DNA of 64,000 bases from an uncultured Gammaproteobacteria bacterium (GTDB lineage Bacteria; Patescibacteriota; Patescibacteriia; Magasanikbacterales; GWA2-37-8): contig CAZEDL010000006.1 of NCBI GenBank assembly GCA_964510885.1, positions 12,531 through 76,530 on the forward strand, written 5' to 3'. Shown piece by piece: positions 9,105-17,200 of the stretch. The notes below the pieces were generated by a model that was not told where the DNA came from, did no database searches, and saw nothing but the letters and a program-made list of their open reading frames with translations. The position numbers were made by a program, and so were the translations under genes. The number at the start of each line of letters is the position of its first letter. Position 1 is the stretch's first letter.

Positions 9105-9974
9105 ATGTCCCTCGGTCGCGGCCTTGGCGCCCTCATCACTCCCACCACCGGCGCCCGCAAACAAACTATCCTCTCTACCGGTTCTATGCAGAATAGTGCC
9201 GATAAAGTCTGGTCGATTCCGCTCAGTGAGATTAGTGCGGATCCGAAGCAGCCACGCCGCACCCTCAAGCCAGCCGAATTGCAAGAATTGGCTGATTCGC
9301 TCAAAACCCACGGCGTGCTGCAGCCAATTTTAGTGCGTGAAAAAGATAGCGGAGGCTACGAAATCATTGCCGGCGAACGCCGTTTCCGGGCCGCGCAATT
9401 GGCAGGCCTGTCTACCATGCCGGCATTAGTCAAAAAATTTGCCGACCGCGAACGACTTGAAGTTGCCTTGGTGGAAAATCTGCAGCGTCAGGATTTAAAT
9501 CCGATTGAAGAAGCAGCTGGCTATGACCGACTAATCAAAGAATTTGGCCTGACCCAAGAACAAGTAGCAGCCAAAGTCGGTAAAGGCCGCCCCACCGTGG
9601 CCAACTTGATCCGCCTCCTTAGTTTGCCTGAAGAAGTGAAGACTGCGCTCGTGAACGGCGATATTAACACCGGCCAAGCCCGGTCTCTCCTAGCCCTCCC
9701 AAGCAGCAGCGAACAGCTGGCTCTGCTCTCCAGCATGCGCGGCCAAAAAATTACGGTGCGCGAACTAGAATCGCAAGTACGCACCAAAACTCCGGCCGCC
9801 CCGGCTCGCCGTGACCCCAATCTCAGTTATCTCGAAGACACCCTCCGCTCTGCCCTCGGCGCCAAAACCAGCATTACGCAAAAAGGCGGCCGCGGCACGA
9901 TTACCATCCACTATCATTCGGTCGAAGAATTATCCGGTATTGTGAAAAAGATTACGGATGACAGTGTGGAATAG
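9105..9974 (+). CDS. parB: ParB/Spo0J partition protein
   Basis: LGRGLGALI, GVLQPILVR, IAGERRFRA, ENLQRQDLNPIEEA, HTH. Confidence 0.95.
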   Translation: MSLGRGLGALITPTTGARKQTILSTGSMQNSADKVWSIPLSEISADPKQPRRTLKPAELQELADSLKTHGVLQPILVREKDSGGYEIIAGERRFRAAQLAGLSTMPALVKKFADRERLEVALVENLQRQDLNPIEEAAGYDRLIKEFGLTQEQVAAKVGKGRPTVANLIRLLSLPEEVKTALVNGDINTGQARSLLALPSSSEQLALLSSMRGQKITVRELESQVRTKTPAAPARRDPNLSYLEDTLRSALGAKTSITQKGGRGTITIHYHSVEELSGIVKKITDDSVE

Positions 9975-10002
9975 TGCTTCAACCTAAGAATAAGTAATAA
10001 TT

Positions 10003-10036
10003 AAAAAACACCCTGGTTAGGCCAGGATGTTTTTTT
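10003..10036. terminator. Bidirectional terminator
   Basis: AAAAAACAccCTGG-ttagg-CCAGgaTGTTTTTT. Confidence 0.65.
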
Positions 10037-10037
10037 A

Positions 10038-11564
10038 TTATGATTTCGGCGGAGTCGGCACTTTACCGCGTTTATACGGAATAATCTGTTTTATCCAGCT
10101 ACTCAGCGACGTATTCTTCAAGGAGTTTTTAATATGCGCCCGCGCGTGGTGCGTCTTTACGGTTTTCAGCCAATCCGGGCTCGGGCCTTTGCGATTCTTG
10201 TCGATCGTGATCGCCACCACGTCGCCGCTTTTAAGCGGTGTATCAAGTGACATCAATTGATCATTCACCCGGGCACCGCTACACTGGTTGCCGATATCGC
10301 TATGAATATGATAGGCAAAATCCACCGGCGTGGCATCTTCGGGCAAATCGATCACGTCGCCCTTCGGGGTGAAGACAAAAATTCGGTTCTGGAAAAAATC
10401 TACTTTCAATTCTTCCATCCCCGACAGGTTCACCAAGATTTCCTGCTGGATTCTGGCCAGTTCCTTGGCCCAGGCCACATCACGCGGGGGCCGGCGCGAC
10501 CCTTTTTCATCATAGAGCCAATGCGCGGCCACACCGAATTCCGCTTCCGCATGCATTTCCGGGGTACGAATCTGGAATTCCACCACCTTGCCATTATCGG
10601 CAAACACCGTGGTATGGAGCGACGAATAGCCGTTCGGCTTCGGCTGCGCAATATAATCTTTAATCCGGCCTTTCAGGGGCCGCCACAATTGGTGAATGAT
10701 CCCGAGCGTGGCATAACAATCGCCCACATCACCCACAATCACGCGCAGCGCCACAATGTCATACATCTTATCCGTTTCCCAGCCTTTACGCTGCAATTTT
10801 TGAAACAAGCTATAGAGCTGTTTTTGTCGGCCGTAGACATCCATTAATTTAATATGCGCCTTAGATAATTCCGTCCGGATTCGGGCCGTTACTTTTTCGA
10901 TCGAATCGCCCTGATCTGCCAGCAGACGATCGCGGATAGTTTTAGTCCGTTCGTATTCCTTGGGATAAATATACGGGAAGGACAAATCTTCCAGAAATCC
11001 TTTGAATTCACCCATGCCGAGGCGGTGCGCGATCGGAGCATAAATCTCAAGGCTCTCGAGCGCAATTCGGTGCCGTTTTTTTTCGGGCAGAGCATCGAGC
11101 GTGGTCAAGTTGTGTGTTCGATCGGCAAATTTAATCACCATCACGCGGACATCTTCGGCCATGGCCACGAACATCTTGCGCAAATTTTCGAGGTAGCGCT
11201 CAATGCCGCGGTATTTGAGTTTGCCAAGCTTCGTAATCCCTTCGATCATTTTGGCAATATCAGCCCCGAAATTTTTTTCAATCTCGGCCAGTGTCACTGC
11301 CGTATCTTCCGGCACATCGTGCAGGAGGGTGGCCACAATAATATTCGTCTCCATGCGCATTGTGGCCAAAATCCAGGCTGCCGCCAGAGGGTGCACAATA
11401 TATGGCTCGCCGGATTTGCGGAATTGTCCCGAGTGAGCGTTGGCTGCAAAATCATAGGCCAACCGCACCATTTCAAGATCCGATGATCCGCGGTACGACC
11501 GGATTTCTTTGACCAGTTTATCAATCGTCAGATCAGCGGGGATAGTAGTGCTGCTATATGACAT
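10038..11564 (-). CDS. RelA/SpoT (p)ppGpp synthetase/hydrolase with HD, SYNTH and TGS domains
   Basis: AHSGQFRKSGEPYIVHP, LLHDVPED, KDYIAQPKPNGYSSLHT, EFQIRT, TGS (FTPKGD..TPVDFAYHIHS). Confidence 0.93.
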   Translation of the reverse strand: MSYSSTTIPADLTIDKLVKEIRSYRGSSDLEMVRLAYDFAANAHSGQFRKSGEPYIVHPLAAAWILATMRMETNIIVATLLHDVPEDTAVTLAEIEKNFGADIAKMIEGITKLGKLKYRGIERYLENLRKMFVAMAEDVRVMVIKFADRTHNLTTLDALPEKKRHRIALESLEIYAPIAHRLGMGEFKGFLEDLSFPYIYPKEYERTKTIRDRLLADQGDSIEKVTARIRTELSKAHIKLMDVYGRQKQLYSLFQKLQRKGWETDKMYDIVALRVIVGDVGDCYATLGIIHQLWRPLKGRIKDYIAQPKPNGYSSLHTTVFADNGKVVEFQIRTPEMHAEAEFGVAAHWLYDEKGSRRPPRDVAWAKELARIQQEILVNLSGMEELKVDFFQNRIFVFTPKGDVIDLPEDATPVDFAYHIHSDIGNQCSGARVNDQLMSLDTPLKSGDVVAITIDKNRKGPSPDWLKTVKTHHARAHIKNSLKNTSLSSWIKQIIPYKRGKVPTPPKS

Positions 11565-11608
11565 ACAGCAAGAAAAATTTTAATTTTCGATAATAAATCT
11601 CTATGCGC

Positions 11609-11637
11609 AGTATAGCTTTTTAGACTAAAAATGTCTA
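11609..11637 (-). promoter_or_regulatory. Sigma70-type promoter of the rel gene
   Basis: TAGACA-17 nt-TATACT on the minus strand. Confidence 0.6.
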
Positions 11638-11737
11638 TAAATCAGTCGTTTTATGGCTAATTTTTGGGTGTAATTACCCTGTGTATAACTCCGTTGACAC
11701 CTCCTGCAGCCATGATAAGTTACATAGTATAAAAAAT

Positions 11738-11857
11738 ATGAATCTCATTCACCAAGCTCATCAATTGTTTACTAATAAGGTCAGCATCTTGCCGACCATT
11801 ATTTGCGTAAATAATTTTTACTGGACGAAGGGTGATGAGCGCATAGGTGTAGCCTGA
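11738..11857 (+). CDS. Putative 39-aa leader peptide MNLIHQAHQLFTNKVSILPTIICVNNFYWTKGDERIGVA
   Basis: ATG 11738 to TGA 11857, downstream of TTGACA (about 11694); overlaps mutually exclusive pairing segments. Confidence 0.5.
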   Translation: MNLIHQAHQLFTNKVSILPTIICVNNFYWTKGDERIGVA

Positions 11858-11881
11858 TACCAGGCCACAATCTAAAACCAC

Positions 11882-11917
11882 ATCACCCTGAATCTAACGA
11901 TCAGGGTGATTTTAATT
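11882..11917 (+). terminator. Attenuator-type terminator
   Basis: ATCACCCTGA-9 nt-TCAGGGTGAT then TTTAATT; its 5' arm can pair instead with AGGGTGATG at 11829-11837. Confidence 0.6.
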
Positions 11918-11922
11918 AAGAC

Positions 11923-12073
11923 TGCTCTTTCACATCTGCTAACAATTGCTTGGCCATCAGCCCATACGGGGGTTATGTACTAATGGTCGAGCGATTGTTT
12001 AGTAACTATTTTCAGGCCCATCGGCCTGAAACAGCGCTCGAAAGTCCTGGCTTGCCCAGGCATTCATAAGGAG
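11923..12073 (+). promoter_or_regulatory. boxA-like motif, structured 5' UTR and Shine-Dalgarno site
   Basis: TGCTCTTTCACA 11923-11934; 17-bp G-U-containing stem AACAATTGCTTGGCCAT/ATGGTCGAGCGATTGTT; two further hairpins; TAAGGAG 12067-12073. Confidence 0.6.
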
Positions 12074-12078
12074 ATCCC

Positions 12079-12285
12079 ATGCCGTTCGCCACCGCTTCCC
12101 AGGAAGATCATCCTGCCACCAGCCCGATCCACCCTGCTGCCCAGGAGTCCGCCGATGCGCCCGCGGACCCTCTGTTCATCGATGAGGTCCACGAGGTCTT
12201 CAACATCCCGCGTCGGCCCTCTGGGCCTGAGGTGGGGGGTGACCCCGTGTACAAGAGGCCACGCGGAACCTACTTCGTGTCGTAA
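12079..12285 (+). CDS. GC-rich 68-aa Pro/acidic peptide of unknown function
   Basis: Strong SD 5 nt upstream; GC-ending codons; no family recognised. Confidence 0.6.
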   Translation: MPFATASQEDHPATSPIHPAAQESADAPADPLFIDEVHEVFNIPRRPSGPEVGGDPVYKRPRGTYFVS

Positions 12286-12325
12286 TCATCGGCACGCAGT
12301 TCACCGCCGGACGCTCGAGCGCTCC

Positions 12326-12383
12326 GGTCTTCCGGTGTTACCGGAACTGATGAGTCCTTTCAGAATAAGATCAGGACGAAACC
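12326..12383 (+). ncRNA. Type III hammerhead ribozyme motif
   Basis: GGTC^ (12326-29), stem I TTCCGG-tgtta-CCGGAA, core CTGATGA (12347-53), stem II GTCCT/AGGAC, GAAACC (12378-83); stem III is only 3 bp. Confidence 0.8.
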
Positions 12384-12397
12384 AAATTCGTGAGTTA

Positions 12398-12427
12398 CCA
12401 GTTTGTACTGGCTTTATTTGTTTTTTT
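12398..12427 (+). terminator. Possible terminator after the hammerhead
   Basis: CCAGT-ttgt-ACTGG then a T-rich tract. Confidence 0.45.
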
Positions 12428-12467
12428 AAATTAAAATATAACCTATTAAAATAAAATTGCCTATAGT

Positions 12468-12896
12468 ATGTCAAAAAATAAACCTGAAGTCCCATTCTGG
12501 GATTTCCCCCCAGAAAATACCGGTTCAGTTTTGGAAGAAAATGGCAGGCCAGTGCGTGACCGAAATGCCGCGGATGTTTTTAATAAATTAGAAAGAAAGG
12601 CGAATGAATGGGGAATTGATCTTGGCTCACTAAAAATTTTAGACAGACCTGAATTGATTGCCCAGTTATTAATTGATAAAAAAGTTGCAATTGTAGCAGA
12701 CGGCCCTTTTATAAATGATCATGATATGCAGACAATAGCGGATGCTGTTGTAGAGGATTGGCGCCCGGCATCTGGCACTTTGAGCGATCACGAGCGACAA
12801 AACTTATCTGCATTAGTGTATGACTGCCTCTCTCTAAACGAAGGTGAAGAGGAATTATTGGCAGCATATAATAAAGGAATTAAAAATAAAGAGTAA
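12468..12896 (+). CDS. Hypothetical acidic protein
   Basis: 142-aa AT-rich ORF, no motif recognised. Confidence 0.65.
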   Translation: MSKNKPEVPFWDFPPENTGSVLEENGRPVRDRNAADVFNKLERKANEWGIDLGSLKILDRPELIAQLLIDKKVAIVADGPFINDHDMQTIADAVVEDWRPASGTLSDHERQNLSALVYDCLSLNEGEEELLAAYNKGIKNKE

Positions 12897-12931
12897 TCTA
12901 TATTATTTAATTGGTATCGTAAAATATCCTC

Positions 12932-13070
12932 TTGACAAAATCCTCAAACTGTGCTATACTACCATTTGTGATACAAAGAAAACCTTAGCGCCAACGTATA
13001 ACCCCACTAGTAATAGCGGGGTTATATCGTTTTAAAAGGTATAGATGGCCAAATAGGCCGTTTTTTGTTT
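12932..13070 (+). ncRNA. Candidate small RNA A (about 100 nt) with its promoter
   Basis: TTGACA-17-TATACT with extended TG; hairpin 12982-13040; terminator ATGGCC-aaata-GGCCGT-TTTTT; no ORF. Confidence 0.5.
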
Positions 13071-13164
13071 AAGCGTGGTCAATAAACCTCTGGATTCCCG
13101 TTAGAGTTTACCTCCAGCGTAGGCGGGGCGGGAATGACACTAAAAAATAGTATTCACCAAGCTT
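13071..13164 (+). repeat. REP/MITE-like palindromic element, copy A
   Basis: GGATTCCCG...GCGGGAATGACA core with outer imperfect IRs AAGCGTGGTCAATA/TATTCACCAAGCTT. Confidence 0.75.
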
Positions 13165-13179
13165 TTTTTCTTTAAACCC

Positions 13180-13304
13180 TTGCATTTTTAGCGATTTTTG
13201 CTATACTGCGCGCGTAGGCCTCAATCGGGCCTTTGTATCACCTTTGGCATCAAGGCATACCCTTTGAGCCTACATTAAAAACATCCCGTGGCGGGATGTT
13301 TTTT
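13180..13304 (+). ncRNA. Candidate small RNA B (about 90 nt) with its promoter
   Basis: TTGCAT-16-TATACT with extended TG; predicted start GTAGG(C)CTCAA at 13214 pairs with TTGAGCCTAC; terminator 13277-13304. Confidence 0.5.
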
Positions 13305-13320
13305 GATTCTAAAGTGGGTG

Positions 13321-13776
13321 TTAGTTAAGCTTCTCTCTAACCGTCTCTCCCAATTCTTTTAACCAATTCAGCACCGATTTATAGTAAGCAATATTCAGGA
13401 GTAATAACGTAATCACCACAATCGCATCATAGCTTTGCCGCACCCAGTACCCATCTTCCAGCCGGACCCACATCCCAAACTCATCAAACGTCAGGCCAAG
13501 CCCAATGCCATAGATAAACGTCAGCCAGCGAAAGCTACGCGATCCAAGTTCCGGCCGCCGCATAATAAAATAAAATCCGACCAGTACCAGAATTACTACC
13601 CCATAGGTAAAATGGTGGATGTGCACCCCGCGGATGGTCAAGAAAAAATTCGGTACCAAGTTATCAAGCACGAGGTATACGAACATGCGCGAGATAAAAA
13701 AGGTCACCAAAAAAGAAAAGGCAATAATGCCAATCAGGCGGCGATTACTGGGGGTATTGTATTCTTTGAGTTCCAT
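13321..13776 (-). CDS. Integral membrane protein (HIHH / DEF motif family)
   Basis: Four hydrophobic segments; GVHIHHFTYG, GIGLGLTFDEFGMW. Confidence 0.8.
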   Translation of the reverse strand: MELKEYNTPSNRRLIGIIAFSFLVTFFISRMFVYLVLDNLVPNFFLTIRGVHIHHFTYGVVILVLVGFYFIMRRPELGSRSFRWLTFIYGIGLGLTFDEFGMWVRLEDGYWVRQSYDAIVVITLLLLNIAYYKSVLNWLKELGETVREKLN

Positions 13777-13825
13777 GTTTTTTACAATAATTGTCATCTC
13801 CGTGTAGGCGAAAACTACACTCGAC

Positions 13826-13963
13826 TGTCATCCTGAGCGTTAGCGAAGGATCCCTTAACGCTAACTTCATCGATGCTTTTGATTTTAAGCGATTCTTCGT
13901 TTCACTCAGAATGACAAGTTGATTGCGATGTGTGACTGGATTCCCGCTTTCGCGGGAATGACA
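13826..13963 (+). repeat. REP/MITE-like palindromic element, copy B
   Basis: TGTCATCCTGAGCGTTAGCGAAGGATCCC...GATTCTTCG..CTCAGAATGACA...CTGGATTCCCGCTTTCGCGGGAATGACA. Confidence 0.85.
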
Positions 13964-13990
13964 AGGAGTTGAATGAAGCTAAGATCGTGC

Positions 13991-16219
13991 TTATTCGGTA
14001 ACTGGCGCATCTTTTTTAAATCCACACTCTTTGCTACTGCACGCAATCACGCCTTTAGCTTTGAAGGTTAGAAGTGATTGGCAATTCGGGCACTTTTCCC
14101 CATTCGGCCGATCCCACATGGCAAATTTACAGTCCGGGTAGCGATTACAGGCAAAGAATAATTTGCCGCGCTTGCTTTTCTTTTGCACGAGTTCACCCTC
14201 CTTGCACTCCGGGCAGGGGATATTAAGTTTAGTTTCAATCTTTTTGATAAATTTACAGTCCGGATACTTGGAGCACCCGAGGAACGGCCCGAACCGGCCA
14301 TGCTTGATCGCGAGCGGTGCGCCGCATTTTTCACACGTCTCATGGCTCATTTCCACGCCGCCAAGTGCGGCTGCTTCTTCGGCGAGTGGCTTGGTGTTTT
14401 TACAGTCCGGATAACCACTGCAAGCCATGAATCTGCCAAAGCGCCCACGTTTGATGATCATGGGTTTACTGCATTTATCGCACACCTCATCGGTGGCTTC
14501 CTCAGTCAATTCTTTTTTGCTGAGTTCTTTATCTTTTTTATCTAGGTTCTCTTTGAACGGGCCATAAAAATCAGCCATCACCGGCTGCCAGTTTTTGTCG
14601 CCAGCGGCAATATCATCGAGGCGCTCTTCCATTTGGGCGGTAAATTCATAATCCACCACCTGCGGGAAATGTTCGACCAGTAGGTCGTTCACGAGGTATG
14701 CAATCTCTTCCGGTTCCAGTTTTTTACGCTCATCGCGCTTCACGTAGCCACGATCTTCGATCGTAGCAATGGTCGGGGCATACGTGGACGGCCGACCAAT
14801 GCCATGTTCTTCTAAAATTTTAACAAGTGTGGCATCCGAATACCGGGCCGGTGGCTCGGTGAAATGCTGCTCGGGTGTCAGGCTCTCTTCAGTCATGGCT
14901 GTGCCGTCGGTCAGCAGCGGCAAGCTATTTTCTTTGACTTTATCTGGATACAGTTTAAGCCAACCATCGAAAATAATAGTTTGTCCGGTGGCATGAAATA
15001 CATATTTGTTGGCACTCACAATATCAAGCGAGGTGGCGTTCAACGCGGCTTCTTTCATTTGGGTGGCTACTGCCCGTTTCCAGATCAGGCTATACAGCCG
15101 ATGCTGATTGGTTTCGAGAAACGGTTTCACCACGTCCGGGGTACGCAGCGCACTCGTGGGGCGGATCGCTTCATGGGCTTCTTGTGCGTTCTTATTTTTA
15201 TTTTTAAAATGTCGCGGCTCACTCAGCTGATACGTGGCGCCAAATTCTTCACCGATCGCAGTTTGGGCTTCAGCCAAAAACAGATCCGACAAATTCACCG
15301 CGTCGGTACGCATGTAGGTGATAAGACCCACGTGCCCTTCGCTGCCAAGTTCCACCCCTTCGTACAATTGTTGTGCCAGACGCATCGTCTGCTTGGCCGA
15401 AAAGCCAAGCGTATGGTTGGCTTCCTGCTGCAAGGTAGACGTAGTGAATGGGGCCGGCGGCTGACGGGTGGTTTTTTTCTCTTCAATATTCACGGCCGTA
15501 TAGGTGGTGCCGCTAAGTGCTGTTACAATCTCATCTACTTGGGTTTTATTTTTTAAATCCAGCTTGTCCAGTTTTTTATTCGGCAAGTTGGTAAGCGTAG
15601 CAGACACGGTGTCATTTTTTCCATCTACCCCAAACAAGCCCTCGATAGTCCAGTATTCTTCAGCTACAAACGCTTTGATCTCGCGCTCGCGCTCCACGAT
15701 GAGGCGCACTGCTACCGATTGAACACGCCCGGCGGACAAGCCCCGCGCCACTTTGCGCCATAGGAATGGCGACAAATTGTATCCCACCAGGCGATCAAGC
15801 ACTCGGCGAGCTTGCTGCGCATCCACCAGTTGCAAATTAAGTCCGCGCGGATGCTCCACTGCCTTCAGCAAGGCTGCTTTGGTAATTTCATGAAAGGTGA
15901 TCCGTTTCGCTTGGTGCGGATCGATGCCAAGAATCGTCGCCAAATGCCAAGAAATGGCCTCGCCTTCGCGGTCCTCATCAGTTGCAAATAAGATCTCGTC
16001 GACTTTTTTGGCTGCCTCTTTCAGTTCTTTGGCCACTGCCGATTTATCACGGCTCACAATATACTGAGGTTCAAAATTGTGTTCCACATCCACCCCCAGC
16101 TTGCTTTTTGGCAAGTCGCGCACATGGCCGAACGATGATTTGATAATATATTTTTTTCCGAGGAAAGCGCTGATCGTTTTGGCTTTGGCTGGCGACTCTA
16201 CGATGACAAGTGTTTTCAT
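13991..16219 (-). CDS. topA: DNA topoisomerase I
   Basis: LVIVESPAKAKTI, ATDEDREGEAI, SAGRVQS, ITYMRTD, C-terminal Zn ribbons. Confidence 0.97.
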   Translation of the reverse strand: MKTLVIVESPAKAKTISAFLGKKYIIKSSFGHVRDLPKSKLGVDVEHNFEPQYIVSRDKSAVAKELKEAAKKVDEILFATDEDREGEAISWHLATILGIDPHQAKRITFHEITKAALLKAVEHPRGLNLQLVDAQQARRVLDRLVGYNLSPFLWRKVARGLSAGRVQSVAVRLIVEREREIKAFVAEEYWTIEGLFGVDGKNDTVSATLTNLPNKKLDKLDLKNKTQVDEIVTALSGTTYTAVNIEEKKTTRQPPAPFTTSTLQQEANHTLGFSAKQTMRLAQQLYEGVELGSEGHVGLITYMRTDAVNLSDLFLAEAQTAIGEEFGATYQLSEPRHFKNKNKNAQEAHEAIRPTSALRTPDVVKPFLETNQHRLYSLIWKRAVATQMKEAALNATSLDIVSANKYVFHATGQTIIFDGWLKLYPDKVKENSLPLLTDGTAMTEESLTPEQHFTEPPARYSDATLVKILEEHGIGRPSTYAPTIATIEDRGYVKRDERKKLEPEEIAYLVNDLLVEHFPQVVDYEFTAQMEERLDDIAAGDKNWQPVMADFYGPFKENLDKKDKELSKKELTEEATDEVCDKCSKPMIIKRGRFGRFMACSGYPDCKNTKPLAEEAAALGGVEMSHETCEKCGAPLAIKHGRFGPFLGCSKYPDCKFIKKIETKLNIPCPECKEGELVQKKSKRGKLFFACNRYPDCKFAMWDRPNGEKCPNCQSLLTFKAKGVIACSSKECGFKKDAPVTE

Positions 16220-16391
16220 ATGTTGAAGTGTGAAACTTGAAATGTGAAGATGGTAATTAAATTCGTAGATCAGGATTAATCACGAATTTTAAGCTTCACA
16301 TTTAAAGAGTTGTGGTTAGTGATTGTAAGCAAGTTTGACAGGGCTGTCAAATGGGCCATATAATAATGATGAGGTTTTTTCTCATTTTTTT

Positions 16392-17195
16392 ATGTCTCAG
16401 TCATCGATGAAATGGAGTCAGTATACGTTAGGGGCAATTCTTTTGGTGCTCGTGATTGTAGGGGGCACCACCCTCATTGCCACTAAGACATCACTGCTTG
16501 ATTCGCTTAAAAAATCTTCTGAACTAACAGTGCTCGGCAATAACGCCACAAGTGATCATGGACTTCCTTCGCCTCTAAGTTTTAGCGATAATATCGCTAC
16601 CGGTGTAACACATATCACGCACGGGCGCGCTGAGGTTGGGGATCTTGCCAATGGGTGGGGCACCTATAGAATCAGCGTGATCCGAGTTACTGATAATAAT
16701 GTGTATCTGCAAATTTGTCCTCCGGAGGTGAAAGGATATATGCTCTTTGGCGTCTGCCCGCGCCGCATCTATCAGGTAAATTTGACCACCAATGAATTGC
16801 GCAACACCGTCAGCGGCAATCGGGGCAATCTTGATATGGCCGAAGATATTTCCGCTGATGAAACTTGGGTGGCCGCCGGGCGCAGCGACCCAGATAGCAG
16901 CGTCGGCCCGATTACCGTCGTGGTGCAAGAGATTATTGGTGAGAGGAAATATGAGTTCCCGGTTATGAACGGATTTAATCAGATGGGTGATGTGAGGTTC
17001 TCTCCAGATGGCCGGAGCATTGCCTATGCCGCCGCTCTCGGCACTCCGGGCACTGAAGCCGGCGCAATTTTTATGATTGATATTGCCTCGGGTGTGCAGA
17101 CAGAAGTGGCAAAGAGCACTCGCCCCAACAGCTACCTACGGATTACGGGCTGGAAGGATGCGGCTACGGTGGATTATAAGGAAATCAATTTATAA
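16392..17195 (+). CDS. Membrane-anchored TolB/PD40-like beta-propeller protein
   Basis: N-terminal TM; DISADE and RFSPDGRSIAY repeats; upstream TTGACA at 16335. Confidence 0.65.
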   Translation: MSQSSMKWSQYTLGAILLVLVIVGGTTLIATKTSLLDSLKKSSELTVLGNNATSDHGLPSPLSFSDNIATGVTHITHGRAEVGDLANGWGTYRISVIRVTDNNVYLQICPPEVKGYMLFGVCPRRIYQVNLTTNELRNTVSGNRGNLDMAEDISADETWVAAGRSDPDSSVGPITVVVQEIIGERKYEFPVMNGFNQMGDVRFSPDGRSIAYAAALGTPGTEAGAIFMIDIASGVQTEVAKSTRPNSYLRITGWKDAATVDYKEINL

Positions 17196-17200
17196 TTGTC

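Noticed and set aside
12155-12454. 99-aa ORF running through the hammerhead
   Set aside because: No SD, crosses a GC-to-AT boundary, and overlaps the better-supported ORF and RNA motif
12844-13035. 63-aa ORF over sRNA A
   Set aside because: Runs through the promoter itself and overlaps the upstream gene end
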